DNA of 64,000 nt from the human T2T-CHM13v2.0 reference genome, Homo sapiens. Where the stretch lies: NCBI RefSeq assembly GCF_009914755.1, contig NC_060928.1. One strand, 5' to 3'. Made by a program: the position numbers and the translations under genes. The notes beneath the pieces are model-generated. The model saw only the letters and a list, made by a program, of their open reading frames with translations, made no database searches and was not told where the DNA came from. Shown here piece after piece: positions 11,301 through 24,796 of the stretch; position 1 is the first letter of the stretch, and every line of letters starts with the position of its first letter.

Positions 11301-14300
11301 AGCTACAGAAAACCTGGGAATGAATTTTGCCAAGGACGTTAAATATTTCTACAACGGAAAATATAAAACACTGATGACAGAAATTGAAGAAGACATAAAA
11401 AATGGAACGATAGTCCATGTTCATGAATTGGAAGAAATAATATCATTAAAATGTCCATACTAACTAAAGTGATCTGTATAATCAATGAAATCCCCATCAA
11501 AATACCAATGACATTCTTCACATAAATAGAAAAAAAAAAAGTTTGTATGAAACCACAAAAGACTCGGAGTAGCTAAAGTAAGTTGGAGGAAAAACAAAAA
11601 CTGGAAATATCCCACAACCTGACTTCTAAATATACTATAAAGCTATAGTAACCAAAATAACATTCTACTGGCATAAAAACAGATAAATTGACCAATGGAG
11701 CACAATAAACTCAGAAATAAACCCACACATTTACAGCCAACTGATTTTCAACAAAAGTGCCAAGAACATATAATGTGGAAAAGATAATTCCTTCAATAAA
11801 TGATGCTAGGACAACTGATTATCCACATGCAGAAGAAAGAAACTGAACCTTACCTCACCCTACACACACATCAACTCAAAATGAATTAAAGAGTTAAATG
11901 TAACACCTGAAACTATAAAATTACTGGGAAAAACAAAACACAGAAAAAGTGCTTCATGACATTGGTCTGGAAATATATTTTTTAAATAGAACTTTAACAG
12001 CACCAGCAACAAAAGCAAAACTTAACAAATGAAATTACATATTTGTAAAACCTTCTGCACAGCAAAGGAAACAATTGAAGAGCAAAGAGACAAACTACGA
12101 AATGGTAAAAAAAAATATGCAAACTCTCCATCTGACAAGAGGGTTAATATCCAGAATAGATAACAAACTCAACAACTCAATAGCAAAAAAGCAAATAATC
12201 TGATTCATAAATGAACAAAAGCCCCAAAGATACATTTCTCAAAAGAAAATATACAAATGGCCAGCAGTTATGTGACAAAATGCTCAACATCACAAATCAT
12301 CAGGGAAATGCAGATCAAAACCACAATGAGATACCATCTCACCCCAGTTAGAATGACTATTAGAAAAAATACAAAAATAGCAAATGCTGGCCAAGAATGT
12401 GGAGAAAAGGCAACTCATACAGTTCTGGTGCAAATGTATTTTAGTACAGTAATTATGAAAAATAGTATAGAGAGTCCTCAAAAAATTAAAAATAGAACTA
12501 CCATGTGACTCAGCAATTTCACTGAGTATATATTCAAAGAAATTGAAATCAGTATGTTGAAGAGATATCTGCATCCTCATGTGTATTACAGCATTATTCA
12601 TAATAGCCAAGAGATGGAATTAACCTGTGTTCATCAACAAATGAGCAAATAACAAAATTGTAGTATGTATACACAATGGAATATTATGCAGCTATAAAAA
12701 GGAATGAAATTCTGTCATTTGTGTCAAAACAGATAAACCTGAAGGGCATATTAAGTAAAATAAGCCAGGCACAGAAAGATAAATACTGCATGATGTGACT
12801 TACAGGTGGAATCTAGGAAAGGTGATCTCATAGAAGAAGAGAGTAAAATTGTGGCTATTAGAGGCTGGGAAAAGGAGAGGAAGGGCAAGATGAGGAAGGG
12901 TCAGTCAAAGGTTATAAGGTTACAGTTAGGAAGAATAAGTTTTGATGTTCTATTGCATAGTAGGGTGACTATAGCTAATAACAATGTGTTGTATATTTCA
13001 AGATAGCCAGAAAAGAGGATCTTGAAAGGTGTCACCACAAAGAAATAATAAAGCTTTGAGGCAATGAACATGTTAACTATTGTGACTTAATTATTATACA
13101 AGGTGCACACGCATTGAAACATCGCACTGTACTCCATAAAAAGGTGCAATGATTATGTGTCAATTATGAATACACAAACAAAATATTCTTCCTGTGGCCC
13201 TCACCACAGAGATTAACTGTTTTTCATTCATAGCTATGTAATTGAATTTGTCATATTATATTGTGGTTAGTTGTTTCTCATTCATTGTTTTTAAGTAGTG
13301 TGCATGCTGAATGGAACCATTTTACTTTTGCACTCCTAAATATATTTCTTTAGGAGCCAAACATATGATCTGCGTGGAGCACCCACACCGTGAAGTGCAT
13401 CCTTCTGTTGTTAGGAAAGCAACAACAGAATAAGACGAAATCAAAGTAGCAGAGTGTGTTATCAGGGGCATATAGTGGCAACCACTAAGCAGCTGGGCAG
13501 AGAGTCAGTTAATTCTTGGAAAGGGCCAGCAGTTGGTTGGAGGTGGGCACGCAAGTTGACAGAGCATAACCATGTGGTTTTGCAGCCTACACAATTGTGA
13601 GGTTCTGTACACAGGTGGAGGTGGGGTGGTGGGCTTGGCAACAGGTCTTGAGGCTGGAGGCTCAGGGACAGTACTCTGGTTCTGGGCTGTGTGATGAAAA
13701 CCTAAAATGTGCTGCAGGTGGTGGCTAAATAACTCCAGCTGTGGGGATTGGCAGAGGCAAGAAAACAGGCAGATGATTACATGGACTGGGAAACAGAAGC
13801 AAAGATTCAGAGATCTAGGTGAGGGATCAGGAAAAAAATTGTGCAGAATACAGTTCCGATTCTCCCTAGTGGGCAGGATTTAGGCAAGAGCTGTGGCAAC
13901 AAATCAGGGACAATGAGCAACAAGGCAATGTGATTGCAGGGGTAACAATAATATAGACTTTTGGAGGCAAAAGAGCCTAGTGTTCCTCCTGCCCTCTTGC
14001 CAAGGACTAAAAATGGCTGCAAGCAGAGTGGACGCCAACAAAAACACCTGGTTAGAATGAAGTATGATGTTGCCAATCAAGATAGCTTATAACAAAACAT
14101 ATACAATTCAGAAAGATTTAACATATAGTTTGCAAGTTGAATTTTAGCAATGGAATTTTGATAATTTTCTGAAAAGTTTTTGATTCATGGCATAGCCAGA
14201 TTAATATAATTGATTCATGTATGCCAGGGCATTACTACCTCTTCAAATAAAAGTTAACACATCTCATTTACATTTTATAGGGAAAAATAGATGATGGCAC

Positions 14301-14631
14301 AGGGAAAGCAAGTGTCATTTTTAACTGTTTCAAGGAGGTCATTGTCTTTTAAGGCTAAACTCAGCCACTGAAACTTTATAGTCAAACATTAAAATAACTA
14401 GGGAAATATAGGTACTAGGCAAAGATCCTAGCAGCTATTACTGGAAACAGGAGAGGGAAGAAAATCCTTCTGAGTCTAAAGTAAGATGAAATCATGGATA
14501 TAGATTTAGGACTACCCTTGAGTCATCAGGAAAAACAGACAATCTCTATATACACAAATGCTTGATTAAAAAGAAAGATGGAAACCACTTTATTTTTTAA
14601 ATAAATTGGCCCAAATATTTGTTTAGTTTAA

Positions 14632-15013
14632 GGCGGTGGTTTGCAAAGTATGTTCCAGGAACCAGCAGCACCAACACTCTGCAAAAGATTGTCAGAAATG
14701 CAAATTATTCACGTCTACTCCAGACCTATTAAATCAGAAACTCTTAGTATGGAGCCAGCAATCTGTGTTTTAAACAGTCTTCCAGGTAGGGTTGTCACAT
14801 TTAGCAAATAAAGGTACAGGACTCACAATTAAATTTAAATTTCAGATAAACAACAAATAATTCTAAATATAAGCATATTCCATGCAATAGTTAAATCATA
14901 TTTATAGAAAAGAAGTCAGTCTGAAATTCCAACTCAATAGGGACACATCCTGTATATTATCTCATAACTGTCTCCAGATGACTCTGATACAAGTTAAAAT
15001 TTGAGAACCACTC
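14632..15013. mobile_element. MER5A-like hAT-Charlie MITE split by MER53
   Basis: GAAATGCAAATT...CCAGACCTATTAAATCAGAAACTCT...CAGCAATCTGTGTTTTAA, resuming at GATGACTCTGAT...TTTGAGAACCACT. Confidence 0.8.
14788..14971. mobile_element. MER53 palindromic hAT MITE
   Basis: AGGGTTGTCACATTTAGCAAATAAAA...AAATTTCAGATAAACAACAAATAATT; degenerate 8-bp TSD TTCCAGGT/CTCCAGAT. Confidence 0.8.
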
Positions 15014-15069
15014 TTTTAGTGTAAAAATAACATTTTTTAAAAAAGAAAAACCATTTCCTATGCCATACA

Positions 15070-15422
15070 GAAGTCCCAAGCTGTCTGGTAACATATTAAA
15101 TTCAATCCCAAAATATTTTTGTTTGGCCAAATAGATTTGCTTTGTCCTTTATGTTTTGATGTTTGAATTAATTGCAAGATATAAAATATAAAATTTTATG
15201 TAAAATCAGGGTCTGGACCATATTTTATTATGGACAACAATTAAGACTATCAGCAAGTGGCCTCCTGTGTTCCACAGTCCCTTCCACTCTTTATTGTGTC
15301 TCTACTGTGAGTCTAGATGTTGTCTATCATTTATATTTGTAGTTGTATGGTTTTCATGGTCCCAGGTCGCAATTGCATTACTTGCTTGGGTCCCCTTAGA
15401 CATGTAAGTTTGTAAACTCTTC
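15070..15422. mobile_element. Possible MER102-like hAT relic
   Basis: End GGTCCCCTTAGACATGTAAGTTTGTAAACTCT resembles the recalled MER102 terminus. Confidence 0.4.
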
Positions 15423-17804
15423 TTTAAAATTTTCCCTCCACATATGGACCTTTTGGAAAATAAAAAAACTCAAAGATCTCATATAAGAAACAGGGATATT
15501 ATGTCATGAGATACATATCCCAGGAAATGAGTCAATAGAATTAGGAATCAGGGTTGAGGTAGACTTCAGTCTGGAACCATGAAGCTTAATTTACACAAAG
15601 GCTAATTTAAGGAAAAAATTATTTTGTTTATTTTGTTTCATTTAAATTAAAAATAGTTTTACTCCTTCTCTTGGTAAAAATGCATATTTCAAATTTTATG
15701 ATATGTTTTAGTGAGGAAAATAATATCAACATAAAAACTGACAGTGTTTTTAGGGACTAAAGTGTTAGCATTGGAGAATATTAGGAAGCAAAAGCACAGA
15801 GGTTGATTTATAAACGATGCTGGAACCAAATTCTGGGCCATAACTTTAATCTAGACCATGTCTATGCAACCAAAGAATTGTGAATTGCTAATCATTTCTC
15901 TGTATCAGTTTGAACTCACTTGTGGATGTCTAGAATCAAATGACTAACATCTTGGAATTTGGTTCCTGGCACACCTCAAAAACATTGTGGCTACTGAAGC
16001 AACACAATTTAGATATTTCTTGATTTATTTTAAGCAATTGAATAAATACTGGAGAAAATCTACCTAATTTATACTTAATCCAACTTTTTGACTTCATGAC
16101 TTGAATTCTTCAAAGTCACTTTCAATTCAAACTTTTGCAGCAATGTCCCTTTTACTATCTCAAGAACTTTCTCAGAATAAATCTTTCCCTCTCCAAGCAA
16201 GCCTTGGAGAACATGTGCAATGCTTTTGTGACATATGGGCCTGTCTACAGTAATTAATTCCTAGTTTGTCTGACCTAATTGCTCCATGTTGGCAATTCTT
16301 GTTATTTTATTAAAGGCAAAATTGTTAAGTATGGGCAGAATATGCCAAAATCATGATTTTTTTTTCTGAAAGTGCATACATTTTATGATTCTTCCGTTAT
16401 TAATTATTAAATTTTCTGAGTTTACTAAATATTTCCTAGACTGTGATCTCAAACTCTATTGCATGTTCCAATTTAATTTATCTTTTTAATTATATTGATG
16501 ATTAGTTATGTTCCAAATCTATTGTGTAGGTGGAAATTAGATTCAAAGTTCTCTTCCCATGCTGTGAAATTTTCCATTTTGTTTCTCCTATTAGGTAAAG
16601 TAGAAAATCCCTGGGCTATCTCTTTTTTGTAAGGTAGGTCAGTGTTCCTTTTTGCTGGGTTAATGGGGAAGAGTGTTTTGTCCACCTTAAATACCTTCAC
16701 TTCAGATTGGCATTTGCATCTCAGTTCCATCTGGCTTTTTTCTTTTCTAACCTGCATCTTTATTTAGTTGAAACTCTAGATTAGTGGCTTACAGTAAAAC
16801 TGGTTTGAGATACAGTCAATAATTCAGGAACTGACAAAGCTTGATAGTTGTCTCTTTGTCCCACTTTGCAACAGAGAAAGATTCCTCAGAGGATGAATTT
16901 TATTTATTACTCTCTAGACTTGCAAGATATTTTTAAAGCAATTCCCTACATCTCATCTAGTGTGTTACAGGATGCCCTACTTCTACATGCCTAAATCTAA
17001 TGCTATCCCTTATGCATCAAAATGTACTGGGCATATTTAAATAGTAAAATAGCTATGTTATAAATTCACACTGTTCTCAGTTCTGAATTCTAATATGTTA
17101 AAGCATTTAAAAAGTCATATGGAATTTGTATAGTCTTCACAAGAAGTTTTCACCTACAACAGTTAGTTTCTCTAGACAGGACCTCTCAATTTACAAAAAA
17201 AGAGTGAGCTCAGAAGACGAAGCATAGCAATCTCTCTTTTTCTCCACCTCCCCCACCTCCAGCCCCATAAAACTAGAAGAGAAAAATATTTTTGAAACAT
17301 TTCACTTGAATGTTAATATTCTATAAATAGGTGCTAGGTGAATTTCACACTCATTAAAAGCAATGAGTTCTCATGCTTTAGAGAAAATACTGACACATTC
17401 TAGAAGAAGTAGTCCAGCCTCAGCTTTCACTGTCAGATTGAATTTCCCAGCAAGACAACAGATTTGAAAAACAGATGTTGATAAGGGTTGGGGGATAAAG
17501 AATTCTAAATACCTTTGGCCTAGAAGATTTGATTGTAATTCTATTTTCTTAAGTATAAGGGAAATGCACTTCTATGTAGGGTATAATGTTACTGCCATAG
17601 GGGTTGGAAAACAGGAGTTACAGCAAGAGAAAGCCCAAAAGCCTGCAGCCAGCATTTCTGATACTGAAATACTGTGAGGGGGTCCTCAGAAAATGAGAGA
17701 GAAAGGGAAAATAAGTATGTCAGGTACTAGCATACTTGCCCTAGCACCTCCACCTTACACTTTTATCCTAACCTATGAGAATAGGAAAAAGGGGCTTAAG
17801 AAAC

Positions 17805-18140
17805 ATCCAGAGAACTCAAAATTTAGGATATTTTACCCCAAAATATACTTTGCCATATTTTGAGATGGCTATTCAGAAGTCCTGTAGACAGTAACCCGTA
17901 ACAGCCCTTCTACCCCTCCCATAAACTACCTTGCCATGTTCCAAGCCCCTATTATTTTGGTAACATGAATATGGGATAAAAATGTCAACCATCTGGCCCT
18001 TTTTTTGAGTTTTTATATGTTTTATAATGCCCATGCACTTGTGTGCATGTAAATAAATTTTTGTATGCCTTTTCTCCTATTAATCTGCCTTTTTGGTTGA
18101 TTTTCAGAAAATATTCAGAGGGTAAAGGGAACCTATACAT
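17805..18140 (+). mobile_element. ERV1 LTR (MER34/MER39 group), partial
   Basis: TTTTACCCCAAAATATA...CATATTTTGAGATGGCT and AATAAATTTTTGTATGCCTTTTCTCCTATTAATCTGCCTTTT. Confidence 0.7.
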
Positions 18141-18251
18141 ACTCTTAGTAGTGGAAGCCCTGCCTAAGGCCACTGCCACACTGTGATGGGTGATTGTGCA
18201 GTCCAAAATGCATAAGGGATATTGAGAGATGAGAATGAAGCAGTGAGATAG

Positions 18252-18614
18252 TGATATGGTTTGGCTGTGTCCCAACCCAAATCTCATCTTGAATTGTAGC
18301 TCCCATAATCCCCATGTATCATGGGAGGGACCCAGTGGGAGGTAATTGAGTCATAAGGGCAGGTTTTTCCCATGTTGTTCTCATGATAGTGAATAAGTCT
18401 CACAATATCTGACGGTTTTATAAAGGGCAGTTCCCCTCCACACACTCTCTTGCCTGCTGCCATGCAAGACGTGCCTTTGCTCCTTCTTCATCTTCTGCCA
18501 TAATTGTGAGGCCTCCCCAACCATGTGGAAATGTGAATCCATTAAACCTCTTTTGTTAATAAATTACCCAGTCTGGGGTATATCTTTACAGCAGTGTGAA
18601 AACAGACTAGTACA
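18252..18614 (+). mobile_element. THE1C/D-like MaLR solo LTR
   Basis: TGATATGGTTTGGCTGTGTCCC...ATTAAACCTC...GACTAGTACA; 5-bp TSD GATAG/GGTAG. Confidence 0.92.
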
Positions 18615-18859
18615 GGTAGTTACCCAGGTGAGGAGATTTTTATATATAAGGTAAATGTCGAGATCAAGAGATCCACCTTAATATCTAGGACTTTGGGAGA
18701 TTATCTCAAATACATCCCTGGTACTAGCTTTTGAGGCTCATTCATACTGAAGTGAATATAACACAAATTAAGCTGAAGTGGCATCAGAGTTCAGTTCTTC
18801 AGTCCATTTATTTTCCTTGTAATGACAATAGGTTTCAAAACATCCCATTTATCATTTGA

Positions 18860-19440
18860 AGAATATTTCTAGCAGCATCATTTATAATAGTCCAAAATTG
18901 GAAAAAAAAATTGACCATCAAAGGTAAAATTAAGTTTGATATAATAATACAATGCAATTACAATAAAATGAACTTTTAAAATGTATTGGACATATAGGTG
19001 CAATGGGATACAATCCAGTAAACATGAAGAAATAAACTAGATCTATGTATGAAAACATGGATGAATTTTGCAAATATAATATTAAGTACAAGAAGCAAGA
19101 CACAAATGTTTACTTGAAAATATGATTGTATTTGTATAAATTTAAAGACAGGAAAAATGAAACTAAATTATATCATTTAGGGATGCATATTTCAGTAATA
19201 AAGCTATGTAGGAAAACAATAAATTAACTGCCACCATTGTCAGAATAGTGGTTGCCTCTGCGGGTTGGAGGAGAAAGGTGCTTTATACAGGTTCACAGGG
19301 GCTTTAAGTGTGCTGGAAATGCTCTGTTTTTTTTTTAATCTGAGTTGTGGGTACATTGTTCTTTCTTTTATAATCCTTCAAACTATTCATGTTTTATATA
19401 CATTTTTTAGAAATCGTTATAGTTGGCAATTTTAAGAAAA
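18860..19440 (+). mobile_element. Old L1ME-type 3' end
   Basis: CAGCATCATTTATAATAG...AACATGGATGAATTTT...AGAAGCAAGACACAAA...CAGAATAGTGGTTGCCTCTG. Confidence 0.75.
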
Positions 19441-21231
19441 GTTTTAAAATCTAGGAAGTTTTTTAGAGGTCTTTGTAGCAAAGGACTGTAGAGTGTGCTG
19501 ACTACCTGGGCTTGCTCCTTATGGTTCCAAAACCTTAGCAAACTTCCCAGCACCAGGAAGAGCTATATGAGGCCATGTCAACCAGAGAGGATTCGCAAGC
19601 TCTGTCAAGATAAGGGGAGCAAAAGAACAGACCATGAGTTGTACCAGCTTCAGTCTTCAGAAAGAGATGTCCACCCTATTTCCTCTGGACAGGAGTGCAG
19701 GAGGAGCCCAGATCATCCACTCCTCAATGGAATTCAAAGATTATTCAGAACACACTATATTTATATGGAGTCATGAGTTCCTTTCATTGCATATCACTCT
19801 CCAACACACTTGGATACTATTTTGAAAAGAAGCAGGGGTAGAAATCTGAGCATTTTTCTTTAAAGAGACTAACCATTTATGTAACAGGACTGTTTAAATT
19901 GTTGCATCCACAATATTTACCAAACTGAATGAAAATTTAGATTTTTTTCCACCATACTGAAAAGTGTGGGATTGTAAGGAAATTTATAGCAGTAACACAC
20001 AAAATAAACTACATTACTTTTGGACATTTGAATGTAGTTGAGTAAATCTTTGAACCTAACAATAAATACATGTGCATATGTGAAAAATGGGAAGAAAAGA
20101 GGCCGTCTGTATTGTTTCTAAGCATTCAATGAAGCTTCACTGGAACAAAGTTGAAGTCCAGCTTACCCACTAATTAATTGCTTTTGCAGATATGCAATTA
20201 TCTCAACCACTTTGAGTATTAAGATTATACAGCTCCTAAATTTAGTGGGGCTGAAAGGAGGTTTCTCTTTGTTTCTTTTAGCTGTGATTTACATGCAAAA
20301 CTATACTGTTTATAATTAACACTTTGCAAAGAGAATATCAAAATATGAGTAGGAACATTCACAGTTAATTGAAGTATTGATATCCTTAATAACATCAAAG
20401 AAATTATAAAATAAAATAAGAAAGTAACTGAATACACTGGTGAGTCTTTCAGGGAAAAAATGCTTTAATAGTTTCTATAGGTAACTCTATTCCTTATATT
20501 ACATTCTGCTTCTTATTCTGTTAGACTCAAATAATAATAATCTTTCTAAAACACACAAAGTAGCTGTCACATAATGAGGTCAGCTGTGAGTTTGCTCATT
20601 TCAGAACTCTTCTAAAATAAGAAATCCACTTAAAATAGCTTTATACTTTCCAAAGCATATAATATTTCAACAATATTTGAAAGAACTCAATGAATGAACA
20701 AATAATATTAAATCTTGAACATTTTTGAATTTATAGTTCAGAGTAATATAGTAAATATTTCAAGAATTATTTTTTAAATCCAAATTTTAATGATGTTTTC
20801 ATTATAATTTTCTACTCATTTGGCTTAATTTCCCTGCAAGCCTGAGAGGAACTGATTCTGAGATGCTGTATTCATAATCCCACACATTCTTAAATCATTC
20901 TTTAATGATATAAGGAGACATGTATTTGTTCACATTTCTCCAGACAAAGAAAATGGAAATAAGGATTGCCATATCAGGGTGGAGGATTATAATAAGCCAT
21001 TTTCCAAAAATTTTTCCATTTGGGTAAGGGCTTTAAATTGTATATTTTATCAATGCTATTAACATATTGTCTTAATATTTTACAGAGTCTTTTTAAATGT
21101 TAACTTACTGTGAGTCTTATAACCACTCTATGACATATGCAGGACAGAAATTCTCATCATCTCCTTGCCCCCACTGCATCCTATTTTGAAAAAGAAAAGC
21201 CCGAAATTTAGAAAAAGTAAGTGGTTTTTTA

Positions 21232-21445
21232 AAGTCTGTTTTGCCTGACGTCAATACAGTCACTCTAGCTTTCTTATGATTTCTGTTTGCACGGTATCTT
21301 TTTTCATCATTTCACCAATTTGTATCATTGAATATCAAGTGCATCTCCTGCAGATAGATCTTATTTTTTGTACAGTCTAACAATCTCTCCCTTTTTTGGA
21401 TTTATTAGTCAATTCATATTTAATTTTATTATTATTACTATTTTA
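21232..21445 (-). mobile_element. Old L1M ORF2 5' (endonuclease) fragment
   Basis: AAAGTCTGTTTTGCCTGA...CACTCTAGCTTTCTT...CAGTCTAACAATCTCT is antisense early ORF2. Confidence 0.7.
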
Positions 21446-21549
21446 TTTGATATGAGGTAGAACTTTATTATTATAATTCTTCCAATGGGCAATTCTTTGC
21501 TTCACAGTTTTTACAATTTATTAACATCTTGGACTTCATTCAAAAAGAT

Positions 21550-23050
21550 ATTTAACAGCTTTGTGGCTATTTACTTAATAAGCTGTACATATATAAAATG
21601 TTCAACTTGACACTTTTTGACATATGTACACATTAATGAAAGCATCAACACAATCATGACAAAGTGCAAGTTTCCTCATTCTCCCTTGAAATCTTTCTTT
21701 TCTGACCCTCCATATTCCTTCCCCATCCTCAGTCAACCACCAATTTGTTTTCTGTTACTACAGATTAGCTGGTATTTATTAAAATTTTATATAAGTGGGA
21801 ACCTACATTATGTTCTCTTTTTTGTTGTCTGGCTATTTTCATTCAGTATAGCAAGAGACCCATCCATGTTGCTGAGTATCAATAGCTCATTCCTTTTTAT
21901 TGATGAATTCCATTCTATTGTATAGACATACTACAATTTGTTTATCCACTCGCCTGTTGATGGGCATATGAGTAGTTTCTAGTTTAGGACTATGACAACT
22001 AAAACCGCTATGAACATTCTTATAAAAGTGTAGAGATAGGCTTTCATTTCTCATGTGTGAATACCTGGAAGTAGAAAACATATGATAGGCTTATATTTTA
22101 CCTTCTTACCAACAGTGTATGAGAATTTCAGTTGTTCTACTTCCTCACTGACACTTGGTATAATCATTCTTTTAAATTTAGGCATTTTAATAGATGTATA
22201 GTAGTACCACATATGGTTTTAATTGCATTTTTCTAATGAATGGTGTAGAGCATGTTTTTATATATTTATATACTGTGTGTAAAGTATCTATTCAAATTGC
22301 CAGTTTTCTATTGCCCTGTGAGTTTTTGCATTCATAATTTTTGACAATGATTTATATGTTGTTAATACAAATTCATTACTGGGTGTGATTTGTGAATATA
22401 TTCCCTCAGTATGAAATTTCTCTTTTATTACCATAATAGTGTCTTTTGAAGAGTGAAAATTCTGAATTTTGATAAAGTTCAACTTATTTATTTTTAAATG
22501 AAACATGCTTTTGGTGTTGGTCTAAGAAATAATTGCCTAACCCAAGATCATAAAGGCTTTCTTCCATGTTTTTCTTCTGGAAGTTTTATAGTTTTAAGTT
22601 TCACATCTTTTCCTATAATCCATCTTATATTAATTTCTCTATACAATGCAAGTTACCAATCAAGGTTTTTTTTTTTGTTTGCTTAAATTTTTTGGTATGT
22701 AAATATCTAATAATTCTAGAACACTTTGTTGAAAATATTATCCTTTCTCCATTAAATTGCCTTTAATGTTCCAATGAAAATCAATTGACTATATGTGAGT
22801 AGTTCTGTTTCTGGACTCTATATTCTGTTTCATTCATTAAGTTGTCTATGTTGACAAAAATACAGTATTGTATTGATTATTATATCTGTATATATACATA
22901 ATAAGTCTTGGAGTCAGGCAGTATAAGTTCTTCAAATTTATTTTTAATTTTATCTTTCAAGGCTGTTATCTATTATTATAACTTTGCTACCCTAGATTCC
23001 TTACATTTTCACATGATTTCTAAAATCAGCTTGTCAATTTCTATTAAAAA
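21550..23050 (-). mobile_element. L1MC/MD-like 3' portion
   Basis: Antisense 3'UTR and late ORF2 (TACAATTTGTTTATCCACTCGCCTGTTGATGGGCAT; TAAAATCAGCTTGTCAATTTCT). Confidence 0.8.
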
Positions 23051-24098
23051 AGACCTATTTTTTTCTGTCTTATTTTGGGTTATTTTATATGATTCATTTT
23101 ATCTAGGGCTTATTGGTTATACTTTGTGTTATTTTAGTGTTTGCTTTAGGGTTTAAAATATTTAGTGTTAATTTATCAGGGTATAGCTTTAAGTAATATT
23201 ACCTCTTCTCCTTTTGAATTAGAACATTACAAGACTAAACATTCATTTCTATTCTCCTGATTTTTTTGTTATTGTTTGCAGACATCTTACTTTTACAAAT
23301 ATAATAAACTTTATGATACAATGCATTCTTATTATTTTGATTTCAACAACTGATCTTTCATAGAGATTTAAATAACAACCCAAATTAATTTATATTAACT
23401 AACATAGTTATCTTACATGGTGCATGCACTTTATTCTTTTGTATAGATCTAGATTTAAATATGCTATCACTTTGCTTCTGATTGAAGAATTTTCTTTAGC
23501 AATTTTTATAGTTCAGATCTCTTATAAATGATTTTCTTCAGCTTTCGTATGTCTACAAAAGTCTTTATTACACTTTCATTTTTAAAGGTATTTTTGTTAG
23601 AAAAAGACTTCTAGATTGTCTTTTTTTCTTTCAGTATTCTAAAAATATTATAAAACATAAAATTGCCTTTTATGTTGCATTGTCTTAAACAAGAAATCTG
23701 CTATTGTCCTCATCTTTTTTCCTCTGCATGAAATGTTTCTTCCCATTAAAAAAGTTGGATGTACAGCTGCCATTTTTACATTTTGTTTTCTCTTTTTCAT
23801 GTCTTTTTTCTTTGTCTATTCCTTCCTATTGCTTTTTTGCATTAAGTGAATTTTCTTAGTATAATATTTTAAATCCTTTAGTGATTTTTCTCTATTTTTT
23901 TTAGTTTTTTTAGTTTTTTTTTAGTGGTTGCCTGCCCTCAGGGTTTACTATATACATCTTAATTTATCAGAATCTACCTCAGATTTATACTAACTTAATT
24001 TCAGATATATAGATATAGTAAGATATAGAAATGGTATTTCTATATAACTCTATTATTTTATTTTTCTTCCCCATTTTTGTGCATATACTTACAGATAA

Positions 24099-24102
<4 letters not shown>

Positions 24103-24137
<35 letters not shown>
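24103..24137. repeat. (CA)n microsatellite
   Basis: Direct reading. Confidence 0.95.
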
Positions 24138-24140
<3 letters not shown>

Positions 24141-24482
24141 TTAGACCCAGCAATACATTGTTATTATTATTGATTTGTATAATTATATGTCTCTTAAAAA
24201 GCAAGAGAAGAAAGAAAAGCAAGTATACATTTTACAGTTTGCTATATTTATCTTTTTATTTGCCATTTCTGGTTTTATTCATTTTTTCTTGTTAGTCAAA
24301 GTAACCGTCTGGCATCATTTCTGTACTTCAATACAATTCTGCTCCCACCCACGTCCTTTGTGCTTTTATCAAATGTATTACATTTCTGTATGTTATCAGC
24401 CCAACAATACAATTATACATGTATTATTTAATTATTTAATTTTTAAATCCGTTAAGGGAAAAAAATGCATTTCTACTATCTC

Positions 24483-24796
24483 TTTTTTTTTTTTTTTTTT
24501 TTTTTTTGAGACGGAGTCTCGCTCTGTCGCCCAGGCGTGGAGTCTGGGGTGCGGTGGCACGATCTCGGCTTACTGCAAGCTCCGTCTCCTGGGTTCATGG
24601 CATTCTCCCGCCTCAGCCTTCTGAGTACCTGGGACTACAGGCGCCCGCCACCACGCGCAGCCAACTTTTTGTATTTGTAGTAGAGACGGGGTTTCTCCGT
24701 GTTAGCCAGGATGGTCTCGATCTCCTGACCTCGTGATCCACCCGCCTTGGCCTCACAAAGTGCTGGGACCACAGGCGTGAGCCACCGCACCTGGCC
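24483..24796 (-). mobile_element. AluY, diverged, with an 8-bp insertion in the right arm
   Basis: Y-type bases (GCAAGCTCCG, TTAGCCAGGATGG, GACCTCGTGATCC); poly-T; TSD CATTTCTACTATCT at 24468-24481 and 24797-24810. Confidence 0.95.

Larger units (their letters stand above)
5340..13185 (+). mobile_element. Near full-length decayed L1 (L1MA4/5-like): 5'UTR, ORF1, inter-ORF, ORF2, 3'UTR
   Basis: ORF1 remnants ~6230-7015 and 8340-8500; ORF2 endonuclease start ATGGCTGTAGTAAACCC...AACCTTGAATGTAAATGGATTAAAT at ~9009; ORF2-like peptides ([19 protein letters not shown]); L1MA-type 3'UTR 12810-13185; many stops and frameshifts. Confidence 0.9.

Noticed and set aside
14085-14140. Faint U6 snRNA-like wording (ACATATAC...CAGAAAGATTTAACAT...GCAAG)
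   Set aside because: Too short, gapped and AT-rich to separate from chance
19495-19825. 93-aa and 63-aa ORFs in a GC-richer patch as an exon or pseudogene
   Set aside because: No recognisable homology, convincing splice sites, or poly-A/TSD
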